From NCBI RefSeq assembly GCF_000142905.1, contig NW_013657630.1:16832-80831 (forward strand): DNA of 64,000 bases. Reading direction: 5' to 3'. Under the pieces are notes generated by a model, which saw only the letters and a list, made by a program, of their open reading frames with translations, was not told where the DNA came from and did not search any database. Of the stretch, positions 46,938 to 56,754 are shown piece after piece; positions within the stretch are counted from its first letter, which is position 1, and every line of letters starts with the position of its first letter. Source of the DNA: Thecamonas trahens ATCC 50062 (lineage: Eukaryota; Protista; Apusomonadida). The translations under genes and the position numbers were made by a program.

Positions 46938-49175
46938 CTACGGCGTGTAGACGTCAAAGACATGGTCTGGGTCGGCGACGGCGCTGACAATGGCGTCAGT
47001 GGGCGCGCCGATTTTGGCCAGATGCAGGTCGGTTGGCTGGACGCCAGCGACGGCCTCGTCAAAGAGCCGCTCCCAAGCGCGAAGCGCGGCGGTCCGCTCA
47101 TAGATCGAGTCCTTGACGGTGGCGATGCGGGCGCGGATGTCGTCACCGACGCCATCAACGTTGCTTGCGACGCGGACGGCGCGGTCGACGTAGTCGGTGC
47201 GCGACTCGGCACCGAGCACGTCGTCGAGCCCGAGGATGCGAAGGAAGCCGAGGGTGCAGCGGCCGGACATAAGGCTCGGGTGCGGGAGCGAGACAACAGG
47301 CGTGCCCATGTACAGCGCCTCGAGCGTAGTGGTGTATCCGCCAAACGGATACGAGTCGAGGATGACGTCGGCAGCGGCGAGCATGCCGAACCACTGTGGG
47401 CCGGTGAGGCGCGGGAGGACGACGACCCGCTCCATGAGCTTGGCCCCGAGCGCCTTGGTCATTCGCCGGACCAGGATTGCGTCCAGATCCGGCGACGAGT
47501 AGGTCTTGAGGAGGAGAACGCCTGCCGGGTCAGCCTCGAGCACAGCCTTAAAGGTGACGTCAAAGTCGGGCGCGAGCTTGAACTGCGTCTGCGGACAGGC
47601 ATAGACGTGCGCCATGGGCGGAATAGTCGCCGCCAGCCCGAGCTCGGCCCACAGCTCGAGGCGGTCTGGCACGTTCGCCGGAAGCGTTGGCGGGTAGTAG
47701 TACAGAAAGTCTGGCAGCGTGATGAGCGATTCAGAGTAGTTTTCCTGCGCCTCCTCAGTCTCAAACGCCGCGTACGAGACAAAGTAGTCGATGAGCGGGA
47801 GGCCGGTGGTGGACGCATGCCCGTGGGTCGCGATCTGAATTGGCGCCAGCCGCTCCATGCCGAGCAGGTAGTTGCCCGGATCCATGCCCACAGACGGCCA
47901 CACAAGGATGTCGAGCTTGGCGTCGGCAATCGGCTTGCGGAGGCCGCTGAGCGTGACCTTGGGCAGGTCGAGCCACGTGTCGGCCCGCGCCTTGATCCGC
48001 GCCCGGAACCGGTCGCCCTCGTCGGGCTCAAAGTACGTCTCGCGGGTAGCAAAGACCACAACCTCGTACTTGTCACGGTCGAGATGCGCAATGGTGCCGG
48101 CGATAAACTTGCCCACCGAGTGCGAGCGCAGGTACATCGAGACAAAGCCGACCCGGATCCGGCGCGAGCCCGAGGCCGCGTCGGCGAGCGCCTCGCGACG
48201 CGACTTTCCGAGGAGCCATGGCGCGGTGTACGGAATGTCCGGCGACGACCGGCCCACAATCGCCGCCACTTGCTTGATTGTCTCCACGTAGTTGACACCA
48301 TGGTACGCGAGGTAGTAGTGCGGGACCGAGAACAGCTCCTTGAGCGGGTTGTTCATCGCAATCCGCTCACCCGGTGACGCGTGATAGAGCGTGTCCATCG
48401 CCGCCACGTATGTCTTCCCGGCTTGCTCCTGCTCGTCCTGCGACGAGTAGACAAGCGGGAGAATGTCGGCCATGTGCAACCGCAGCGCGTCCTCAGTGTG
48501 CATGGCGAGCGACTTGGCAAAAGCCCTCTTGGCCTGCGGAATGAGGCCCTGCTTCTCATACACCATGCCCAGCGACCGGTACGGCTCAAACAAGCCGTCC
48601 ATCTTGCGCTTGATTGCTGCCCGAAAGTGCCGCTTGGCCGCGCCCAGATCGCCCTGCATCTGCCGGATGTTGCCCACGTTAGAGTGCGCCACCGTGGCAA
48701 AGTTGGCGAACCGGACCGAGTCGGTCCCCAGCTCGATGGCCTTCTCGTACCATACACCGGCATCGTCAAAGTAGTGCGACCCGCGACCAGACTCGGCCAG
48801 CGAGGCGTACGAGAGGCCGAGGAGGAAGGCGGCTTGCGCGTGCTTGGGCAGCGTCTTGAGCGCTTTCTTCAGCTTGGGAATGGCCTCCATGAACCGGCCC
48901 TGATTCGTCAGCGCCTCGGCCGCCTGCACCAGCTCCTCGCTTGGCCAGTGTGTACCCTCTCGCGACTCGACATCATACCGTGCGCCCCCACCACGAGTGT
49001 ACCCACTTGCCGGGCCTCCCGTCTCGGCTCGCGCCTCGCCGCCAGCTGCAGTCGCCGCACCACCGCCTGCTGCCCGCCGCCGCGCCCTCCGCCGTCCAGC
49101 GCACTCTCCCACCTCTACCAAGCACGCCACCGCCACCCACACCACCAAAGCTACCAACAGAGTCTTGCGCAGCAT
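46938..49175 (-). CDS. TPR plus GT41 (OGT/SPINDLY-like) glycosyltransferase with an N-terminal signal peptide
   Basis: MLRKTLLVALVVWVAVACLVEVGECA signal; TPRs; RIRVGFVS..LRSHSVGK, RLAPIQ..THGH..TTGL..IDYFVS, CPQTQFKL, LDSYPFGGYTTTLEALYMGTPVV, MSGR. Confidence 0.9.
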   Translation of the reverse strand: MLRKTLLVALVVWVAVACLVEVGECAGRRRARRRAAGGGAATAAGGEARAETGGPASGYTRGGGARYDVESREGTHWPSEELVQAAEALTNQGRFMEAIPKLKKALKTLPKHAQAAFLLGLSYASLAESGRGSHYFDDAGVWYEKAIELGTDSVRFANFATVAHSNVGNIRQMQGDLGAAKRHFRAAIKRKMDGLFEPYRSLGMVYEKQGLIPQAKRAFAKSLAMHTEDALRLHMADILPLVYSSQDEQEQAGKTYVAAMDTLYHASPGERIAMNNPLKELFSVPHYYLAYHGVNYVETIKQVAAIVGRSSPDIPYTAPWLLGKSRREALADAASGSRRIRVGFVSMYLRSHSVGKFIAGTIAHLDRDKYEVVVFATRETYFEPDEGDRFRARIKARADTWLDLPKVTLSGLRKPIADAKLDILVWPSVGMDPGNYLLGMERLAPIQIATHGHASTTGLPLIDYFVSYAAFETEEAQENYSESLITLPDFLYYYPPTLPANVPDRLELWAELGLAATIPPMAHVYACPQTQFKLAPDFDVTFKAVLEADPAGVLLLKTYSSPDLDAILVRRMTKALGAKLMERVVVLPRLTGPQWFGMLAAADVILDSYPFGGYTTTLEALYMGTPVVSLPHPSLMSGRCTLGFLRILGLDDVLGAESRTDYVDRAVRVASNVDGVGDDIRARIATVKDSIYERTAALRAWERLFDEAVAGVQPTDLHLAKIGAPTDAIVSAVADPDHVFDVYTP

Positions 49176-49768
49176 TCGGGTCTTTGTTACGTTGTAGAGG
49201 GGAGGGGGAAGAGGGGGGGGGGGGGAGACAAGTGGTTGAGCGTGAGCATGATCGTGATCGTGATCGTGATCGTGATCGCGGCCGCCATCGTCATCGTCAT
49301 CGTCATCGCCATCTTGATCATGTTGGTGGCTGGTGCCAGAGAGGGCCTGCGGTAGCAAAGATGGTGGCCGTAGCCGTCACACATCATCGCAGTCGTTGTC
49401 GTTAACGAGGTGGAGGGGAGCACAGGCGGTGGTTGTCGTCGACGTCGTCGTAGTCGTGACGGTGGCCGTTGTCGTGAGATCAAGAACGTCATGGCCATCA
49501 CGACCGCAACTTCACTCTGGCCCCGATCTTCACTCTGGCCCCGATCCTGATCCTCATCGTGATTCCGATCGACATCGACATCGTCATCGCCAACATCATC
49601 GCCATCGCATAGACACAGGGCCACAACAGCTACGGCCAATCATCACGCCATTCACTGCCTGGCCTCACAATGCAAGTCGTCCCAGGACGATGGAAGCACC
49701 GGGGGGCAACCGCATGCCGCGTCACCAACAGCCACTGACACGCAGCCATACCGTCACTACGAGGTACT

Positions 49769-50023
49769 CTAGGGAAGACCATGGGCCTTGACGCAGGTGC
49801 GGTAGGCGTCAAAGTGGGCCTTGCACACCCGCCAATCAGTCGACGTCGAGTCGGTCATGCACTTTGTGGTTGCCGCGTAAGCCTCGGCACAAGCTGATGG
49901 CACCGCCGCATCACCATGCCCATCGAGACCAGGGCTAGCGCCTGCTCCGGACGGGCTCGGGCTGCTCGTCATAGACGACACATCCCCCGTCGGCTTGCAT
50001 GCTTCGCACTCGGGATTCGACAT
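49769..50023 (-). CDS. COA4: Twin CX9C mitochondrial intermembrane-space protein, COA4/CHCHD8-like
   Basis: CAEAYAATTKC...DWRVCKAHFDAYRTC: two CX9C motifs with the DWRxC signature. Confidence 0.7.
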   Translation of the reverse strand: MSNPECEACKPTGDVSSMTSSPSPSGAGASPGLDGHGDAAVPSACAEAYAATTKCMTDSTSTDWRVCKAHFDAYRTCVKAHGLP

Positions 50024-50092
50024 GGCGGTGGGTGAGGTGGTCGAGGTGGACTCTTTACTCGCGTGGCGGCTTGCAGAAGTGCCAGAGACGGC

Positions 50093-53000
50093 TCAGGCAA
50101 GGCTGGCGGGAGGCGGTGCGATCTTGGTGAGCTCATAGAACAGGACGTAGCACTGCTTGCAGAGAAGCCGGTAGTACGGACCGGGGAAAGCCACGGCAAC
50201 GACCTTTTCTCCGTCGTCGGCAAGATCATCAAACTTGAGCCAGGTGACGCTGCCGTCGGCGGCGTCGTGCCGGACGTACGCGTAGTAGTGGCCACGGTTG
50301 AGCTTGCGCCCGGTGTGGCACACCGCCGACCGGAGCCGGAGCGTGTACTCGCTGGCGTCGAGCGCGTCGTCGAGATACGGCACCTCCGACGGCAATATCT
50401 CCATCGGGACCTTGACTCGCCCGAGGAGTTTGACGAGCTCGTTGTTGAACCGCTTGACCACGATCGGGATCATGATCGGGACTCTGTCGGGCGCCAGGTC
50501 GGTGCCTGGCGGGACAATGACCTCGGGCGGAACAAGCTTGTTCTCGGCCCCGTCAAACATGTACGCCGGCTGGAGCCGGACAACCGACGACCAGACCTCG
50601 GCCGGGTCGATGGGCTCAGCGTCGTCGGCCGCCTCCAGCGCTGCCAGCAGCGCTGCCGACGGCTCGCGTTTGAAGCCCTCCAGCGGGTTGTTGTTGAGAT
50701 CCTGGTCGAGCATGTAGCCGAGCGAGAACCGCCGGTCGCGCTTGCGCTTCTGCTTGCGACGCTTCTTGATCTTCTGCGGCATCGAGACCCGGATGGTCCG
50801 GAACCGCTCCACCGCTGCAGACTCGGGATCCGGCATCCCGCGGAGCGCAAACCGCCGGACGCATGCAATGTACGGCGCGCCGAGCCAGTCCAGCGCGTTG
50901 TCGAGGAGCTCAGCTGTGTCCTGCTGGAGGCCGTCCCACCCAAATAGAATGCCCTCGTCCTCGCCCGACTCCCACCCAGCCCACCGAAACATGAACCGCG
51001 TGAGCTCCATTGCATTCGCGTCGAGGAACTCACCGTTCCGCAGCCGGCGTACAACGTGCTCGCGGAGGTAGAACTGCAGGGTGCGGATGGCCTTGACCTT
51101 GGCCGCCTGCTGCGCTTCGGCGTCGTCAGAGTCCGAGTCCGAGTCGGTCTCGTCAAAGGCGAACGGGTTGAAGACAGGCTTGCCGAGCTCGAGGTGCGGC
51201 GACGGGTAGAGTAGGTACTCGAGCGCCTCCGAGGTTGCAAACATGGCAAAGAGGAGCGAGTCGAGGTAGCACGTGTTGCCGGCATTGTCCACGCCGGCCA
51301 TCGCCGTCTGCGGCCGCGGCAGGCCCGCCAGCGCTGCCTCGCCGCTCTCGCCGGCCTCCAGCTCGGCGAACAGTGCCTCGCACACAGCCGTCAGCTCCGC
51401 CTGTCGCTTCAGCCGCGCTACACGGATCCGTCGCGCAATCTCGGCCTCGCGCAGCTCGCGCTGCTCCTCCAGGTACTGCGCGAGCGGCGGTGGGAGCATG
51501 CCGTGCGCGTAGGTGATGTACACATACGAGCCGCCAGCGCCTTCGTTGAGGTCCGCGGGATCCTTCAGCCACCCGCCGCTCGTCTCGGCAGAGTCAAACA
51601 AAATGTCCAGGCAGAAGATCGGCATGGCGTCGGCGGCCCGTGCGTCGGGCGCGTCTGCCCGCACTACACTCGGCATCTGCGTCACGCCGTCGTCGTTGCC
51701 GTGATTGAGGTCGGCAGGTTCCAGCCGCCAGCACTCCTCGCTGTACTTGATGCCCGCGTCCACCTCAAAGTTGGCCACCAGCGCCTCGAGCTCGGGATCC
51801 TTGTTGCGCGCCACAAACTGCGCCATCGTCTCCTCGACCTCGCCATCGCCCTCGACAGCCTCGCACCGCCGCGCCGCAATCTCCTCAGCGGTCAGGTGCG
51901 CCACGCCGGCGCCGCTCGCCACGCCGTCACCTGTTTCCGACTCGCCAGCTTCGCCGTCGTCAGACTCGGACGACTCGGACTCGTCCGGCTTAACCACCTT
52001 GAGTGCCACCAGAGGCCGCGCCGGCCCGCCGCGCCGGAACCACAGGTTGATGTACGATCCGTCGGTCTCGCTGTTGAGGTTCTTGGAAATAAACTCAAAC
52101 GACTGCGCACCAAGCGCGGTGCCGCGATCAACCTTGCCCGTCACCGCAAGCTCGGTCACCGCTGCCACTACGTCAAAGAACACCGGGCTCGGCGACGGTC
52201 CGGGCACCACGTCGAGAAAGAGCCCGGCCTCCACGGCAAGCAGCGCCATGCTCCCGCCACAGACCGAGATCTCAAAGGTCGTCGACGGCGGGCCGGGGGC
52301 CAGCGCCGTCGCCCCGGTTGCCCCATCCACACACACATACAACCCGCCGCGGAGCGTCCGCAGCGCAAACCCAGAGTCAACGCACCCGTCGTCGGCGGCG
52401 GCGCCCGCAGCTTCGACCACAAACACCTCTTGCGGCGAGAGCCCAAACGCATAGTCAAGGTCCGCGCTCGGCACATGCGCCGTCACGTACTGCCGGTAGA
52501 CAGACCGGAGCGCAATGGCGTTGCCCTCGTACAGCATGTTCGAGCCCACGACCCGGTAGCCAAAGAAAATGTCGTGGCCCGACGTACCGTAGTTGGCATC
52601 GGCATCGTAGCCAGACCGCGAGTATGGAACCATGCCGTAGCCTGGAGGGAGCGTGTCGCCCATGCTCCGGTCAAGTACCGCAATGTCCGCCAGCGCCCGG
52701 CCCGGCCCGTCGCGGACCACAAACAGATACGCCGGGTGCTTGCCCTCGCCGCCGTTGAGATCGCCAGGCTCGCCCGACACCGTCACCTCGAGCACCTCCA
52801 TGTCAGAGGCCACGTACTCGTCGTCACACTCGGGAAACACCATGCCGATTCCGGTCACCACTCCCGTAGTGCCAGCCCGTTCGTGGCCCGCCACACGCCG
52901 GAACGCCAGCCGGAACTCGGGCCCATCGTTGCCGGCGTTGAGATCCTTCGGAATGGCAATGTACCCCTCCGGCGCGCTCTCGCCCCAAGTCGGCGAGAAG

Positions 53001-53461
53001 ATAACCACGTCGTCAATAAAGTCGCCCTCCCGCGCCGGTACGTACTCTGCATACGGCGAGGCGTACACATCCTCCGCGTCAGCGAACACCTCACCGTCCG
53101 AGCTATCTTCACCTCCCCGACCTCCCTCTCCCAGCTCAATCGTGCCTCCCTGAGCGAGCAACTCGCCGGTGACTGCCATGGCCGCCACACGATACATGCC
53201 CGGGCCCAGCTCGTACGTCTCGACGTTGGCCATGCCCTCATCCCCGTCCAGGGCACCAAACTCATCACCATCATCCCCATGCATGTTGATACCAATAGAG
53301 ACCAAGGGACCATCATCATCATCATCGTCATCACCGCCACCACCACCACCATCACCATCATGCATGACAACCAAGAAGAATGGGAGACTGCCTGGAGCAG
53401 ACCAGAACACCTCCACGGAATCTCCCACAGTACTGGGCGCATTCAGCAGAGTCACACTCAC
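50093..53461 (-). CDS. Ubiquitin-specific protease (C19, CYLD-like catalytic core) with MABP repeats and a fascin-like region; 5' end uncertain
   Basis: Cys box NAGNTCYLDSLLFAMF, QQDTAE, His box AVCHTG..LNRGHYYAYV, WLKFDD; MABP-type repeats DLNAGNDG, DLNGGEG, DANYGTSG, NLNSETDGSYINLW and DLNEGAGGSYVYITY. Confidence 0.85.
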   Translation of the reverse strand: MSVTLLNAPSTVGDSVEVFWSAPGSLPFFLVVMHDGDGGGGGGDDDDDDDGPLVSIGINMHGDDGDEFGALDGDEGMANVETYELGPGMYRVAAMAVTGELLAQGGTIELGEGGRGGEDSSDGEVFADAEDVYASPYAEYVPAREGDFIDDVVIFSPTWGESAPEGYIAIPKDLNAGNDGPEFRLAFRRVAGHERAGTTGVVTGIGMVFPECDDEYVASDMEVLEVTVSGEPGDLNGGEGKHPAYLFVVRDGPGRALADIAVLDRSMGDTLPPGYGMVPYSRSGYDADANYGTSGHDIFFGYRVVGSNMLYEGNAIALRSVYRQYVTAHVPSADLDYAFGLSPQEVFVVEAAGAAADDGCVDSGFALRTLRGGLYVCVDGATGATALAPGPPSTTFEISVCGGSMALLAVEAGLFLDVVPGPSPSPVFFDVVAAVTELAVTGKVDRGTALGAQSFEFISKNLNSETDGSYINLWFRRGGPARPLVALKVVKPDESESSESDDGEAGESETGDGVASGAGVAHLTAEEIAARRCEAVEGDGEVEETMAQFVARNKDPELEALVANFEVDAGIKYSEECWRLEPADLNHGNDDGVTQMPSVVRADAPDARAADAMPIFCLDILFDSAETSGGWLKDPADLNEGAGGSYVYITYAHGMLPPPLAQYLEEQRELREAEIARRIRVARLKRQAELTAVCEALFAELEAGESGEAALAGLPRPQTAMAGVDNAGNTCYLDSLLFAMFATSEALEYLLYPSPHLELGKPVFNPFAFDETDSDSDSDDAEAQQAAKVKAIRTLQFYLREHVVRRLRNGEFLDANAMELTRFMFRWAGWESGEDEGILFGWDGLQQDTAELLDNALDWLGAPYIACVRRFALRGMPDPESAAVERFRTIRVSMPQKIKKRRKQKRKRDRRFSLGYMLDQDLNNNPLEGFKREPSAALLAALEAADDAEPIDPAEVWSSVVRLQPAYMFDGAENKLVPPEVIVPPGTDLAPDRVPIMIPIVVKRFNNELVKLLGRVKVPMEILPSEVPYLDDALDASEYTLRLRSAVCHTGRKLNRGHYYAYVRHDAADGSVTWLKFDDLADDGEKVVAVAFPGPYYRLLCKQCYVLFYELTKIAPPPASLA

Positions 53462-54153
53462 ACTACCCTCATCCGCCTGTCCATCCGCATGTGTACGTCC
53501 GAGTGAGGGGGGGAGGGGTGAGGGGGTGAGGGGGAGGGGGGGGGGGGGGGGGAGGGGAGGTAGGTAACGAGGAAGGTCGAGGCGAGGACCAGCCGCACCA
53601 CCTCCGCGCCGAGCGCCACGCGTTCCCCGGGCAAGGTCAGCTCCGAGCGCGNNNNNNNNNNNNNNNNNNNNNNNNNNNNNNNNNNNNNNNNNNNNNNNNN
53701 NNNNNNNNNNNNNNNNNNNNNNNNNNNNNNNNNNNNNNNNNNNNNNNNNNNCATAGTTGCGTGGTGTAGATCACGATTTGGCTCATGTAGGGGGGGGTGT
53801 GTTTTTAACCAACAGGTCGGGCAGACCCTCGGTCGCGCAATAGGGGGGGGGTGGGGGCGGGCCGGTGGGCAGGTAGGGGAGCAGGGAAGGGAAGGGGGGA
53901 GAGGAGGGGAGGGGAGGGGAGGGGGGAGGAAGGGGCAGTATGGGTTGGGGGTACTTGGGAACGTACCATGGTGTAGGCCTGACTGGACTGGTGTCTGCGA
54001 CGGGTGTTGGTGTTGGTGGCGTGGACTGGGCGGGGTCAGATCGGGGGGAGGGGGGGGGGGGTACCGGGCCATGCCGGGCGATGACTTGAACCGGCGCGGC
54101 TGGCGCGTAGTGACTGATGATGGGCGGTGTTTAGAATGACCAAAGCTCGGTAG

Positions 54154-55038
54154 CTATCGGTACTTGTTGAGGATAGCCTGGATGTTGGGTGGGAGCGAGG
54201 AGATGGTCTCGTCCATCGAGGTTGCTGGCAGTGGCACGGGCGCAGGTGCCGGCGCGGGTGACGGCGCGGGTCTGGGTGTGCTGGCTGTGGGAAGAGGACG
54301 TGAGGGCGATGACGGCGACAGCGACGAGGCGGTGGCGGATGGACGTGGCGCGGCCGACTGCCGCGGGGCGGGTGTGAGGCCGGGATCATAGCCGCCAGGG
54401 CCAAGCACCGGCGCTGCCGAGGCCGCAAGCTCGTGTACAGAGAGCGGGCGATCAGGAGCGGGGCCGATAGGTGAGGCGAGCGGCGAGGCGAGTGGCGAGG
54501 GACGTGGCGAGGCACCCGGGCTTTGCCGCGGTGGTGGGCTGCCGCTTGCAGCTCGCAGAGCGTGGTTGTGATCGGCGAGGCTCGCCGAGCGCGCGACCGC
54601 AGCGGCGGCCCGATTGTTGGCGCGGGTCAGCGCGAGCTCCAAGCTCGACACCTTGTCGCGAAGAGCAAGCGCGATGCGCTCAACACGGACCACCTCTGCA
54701 TCGCGCTCCTCCAGCCGCTTGGCGTACCACGCGCGATCGTCGTCCATCCGGGCCAGCCGCGCCCGCAGCCGTCCGTTCTCCTCGGTCGTGGCCTCGGCCT
54801 CGTCCTCCAGAACCCGCATCTCGTCGACCATCTCCCGTAGCGTCCCGCGCGTTGCCCGCAGCTCAGCCTCCAGCTCCATCTCGCGCGCCGTTTGCTTGCC
54901 ACGCCCAGGCTGCTCAGCCCGCTTTGTCTCCACCGGCCGGGTGGCTGGCTTGGGTGGGCTCGTCTGCCTCTCGTCCGAGCCAGGCGCCAGCAGCGGCTCG
55001 CCAGTGGTCAGAAGAGCCGGAAACGGATAACCATTCAT
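54154..55038 (-). CDS. Hypothetical coiled-coil protein with a Pro-rich tail
   Basis: Heptad-rich E/R/L central region followed by a Ser/Pro-rich C-terminus; start uncertain. Confidence 0.6.
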   Translation of the reverse strand: MNGYPFPALLTTGEPLLAPGSDERQTSPPKPATRPVETKRAEQPGRGKQTAREMELEAELRATRGTLREMVDEMRVLEDEAEATTEENGRLRARLARMDDDRAWYAKRLEERDAEVVRVERIALALRDKVSSLELALTRANNRAAAAVARSASLADHNHALRAASGSPPPRQSPGASPRPSPLASPLASPIGPAPDRPLSVHELAASAAPVLGPGGYDPGLTPAPRQSAAPRPSATASSLSPSSPSRPLPTASTPRPAPSPAPAPAPVPLPATSMDETISSLPPNIQAILNKYR

Positions 55039-55225
55039 TCCAAGTCGGGTACCGTACCAGTTGGCGCAAGTGCTCAGTTGCTTGCGGTGGTCGGAGCGGC
55101 GACGCCACTGCCTGCGATCGATCACAGCCACGATCGATCACTCTGGGCGGTGATCGATCGCGGGCGCGGGGTGACCGACACAGACAAGGCCGCGGACGGG
55201 CACAGTTGTCTGTTGTGCGAGGAAC

Positions 55226-56419
55226 ATGGCGTTTCCTATGCAGCGTGAGCTGTACCTGCCGACGGTGCCGACGCTCACGGTCAGCTCTCAGATGCACTCT
55301 GGACTGAGCGGGCCGAGCCTTGGGAGCCATGGCCCGAGTGGGCCTATGGCCGCCCGCCTGGCCACGGGCAAGCAGGCTCCGGTCGCTCCCTCGCGCTTCT
55401 CCGCCGCCTCCTCCAGCTCTGCCGCTGTCACCGTCGGCTCTGGCCCCAAGACAGCCGCTTTCTCCCCCTATGTCCTCAATGGCGGGTACGTTCTCTCTCT
55501 CTCCCTCTCTCTCCCCCCCTCCCCCCCTGCATCCCCCCCCCCCCTACCCCCCCTCCCTGTCGTCAGGTCGCCTTCCGCCGACCGGCCAAAAGTGCGACCG
55601 ACCTTCTTCGGCCCACGGGCGATTTTTGGGTTGTGGGCCGCCGAGTCGGCTGCCCTTGCTGCGATTGCTAGAAAGGGGAGGGGGGAAGGGGAAGGAAGGC
55701 GCCACGACTTACATATGGTGTGTGGTGTGGTTTGTGTGGCTTGGCTGGTGCGGCTTGGCTGGTGCGGCTCGGCTGGTGGGCGGGTGGGTGGGCGGCGGGC
55801 GGCGGACAGGACGGCGCTGGCGCTGGCGGGCAAGGACTTCTGCATTGTGGCAGGGGACACGCGCATGTCGGCCGGGTACGAGATCCACACGCGGAACAAG
55901 CCCAAGACGTACCGGATCAACGACAAGTGCTCAATTGCCATGGCAGGGATGCAGGCGGATGCCACGAACCTGATCAAGATGCTGCGCTTCCGCATCGCTA
56001 TGTACGAGCGCAAGATGGGCAAGCCGATGTCGACCCAGTCGCTGGCGCAGCTCGTCTCCACCACCCTCTACCGGCGTCGCTTCTTCCCCATCTACGCCTT
56101 TGTCGTCATTGGCGGCCTCGACGAGGACGGCGTCGGCTCGGTCTACGGCTACGACGCTGTCGGCTCGTTTGAGCGCTCCACTTGCTGCGTCCAGGGCTCA
56201 GGCACCTCGCTTCTCCAGCCGGTCCTCGACAACCAGTTCGACTTTAAGAACCACTCCATCAAGCCCGACGAGCTCACCCTCGACGAGTCCATCGACCTCG
56301 TCAAGGACGTCTTTGTCTCGGCCGGCGAGCGCGACATCTACACCGGCGACTCGGTCGAGATGCACATCATCACCGCCGACGGCGTCCGCGTCGAGACCTT
56401 TGATCTCAAGCGCGACTAG
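55226..56419 (+). CDS. PSMB1: 20S proteasome subunit beta type-1/beta-6 (PSMB1/Pre7)
   Basis: FSPYVLNGG, intron 55486-55809, then TALALAGKDFCIVAGDTRMS, LYRRRFFPIY, YDAVGSFER, LLQPVLDNQ, ERDIYTGD, LKRD. Confidence 0.96.
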   Translation: MAFPMQRELYLPTVPTLTVSSQMHSGLSGPSLGSHGPSGPMAARLATGKQAPVAPSRFSAASSSSAAVTVGSGPKTAAFSPYVLNGGYVLSLSLSLPPSPPASPPPLPPLPVVRSPSADRPKVRPTFFGPRAIFGLWAAESAALAAIARKGRGEGEGRRHDLHMVCGVVCVAWLVRLGWCGSAGGRVGGRRAADRTALALAGKDFCIVAGDTRMSAGYEIHTRNKPKTYRINDKCSIAMAGMQADATNLIKMLRFRIAMYERKMGKPMSTQSLAQLVSTTLYRRRFFPIYAFVVIGGLDEDGVGSVYGYDAVGSFERSTCCVQGSGTSLLQPVLDNQFDFKNHSIKPDELTLDESIDLVKDVFVSAGERDIYTGDSVEMHIITADGVRVETFDLKRD

Positions 56420-56514
56420 AAGCAGCCGCGCGTGGCGGCATGCCCCGTTGCCCGTAAAGTGACGACGGAACCAGTCCGAGCGAGGCGTGTGCGGGTGACA
56501 GCGAGAGAGCAAGG

Positions 56515-56754
56515 CTACGAGTCGGGCTCGATCATGATCATGTCCAGCCTGCCCCGATACACGCCCAGGACGTGCTGCATGATGTAGGTAGAGGCGCCGT
56601 AGAGGGTGAAGAGCGCCAGCACAATGGCTGTGTTCACGCCGAGGAACCACGGCATGGGCTCGCGCGAGACCCAGGTGCCGGCCGAGAGGCACCACACCAG
56701 CAGCGAGAGCACACCACAGATGGCAATGCCCAGGTTCACGTCCAAGCCCTCCAT
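56515..56754 (-). CDS. Small two-TM hypothetical membrane protein (79 aa)
   Basis: MEGLDVNLGIAICGVLSLLVWCLS...NTAIVLALFTLYGASTYIMQHV; GC3-rich codon usage. Confidence 0.55.
   Translation of the reverse strand: MEGLDVNLGIAICGVLSLLVWCLSAGTWVSREPMPWFLGVNTAIVLALFTLYGASTYIMQHVLGVYRGRLDMIMIEPDS

Noticed and set aside
56515-56754. Resemblance of the small TM protein to the serine palmitoyltransferase small subunit
   Set aside because: Only scattered residues match and the LEPWE motif is absent; left as hypothetical.
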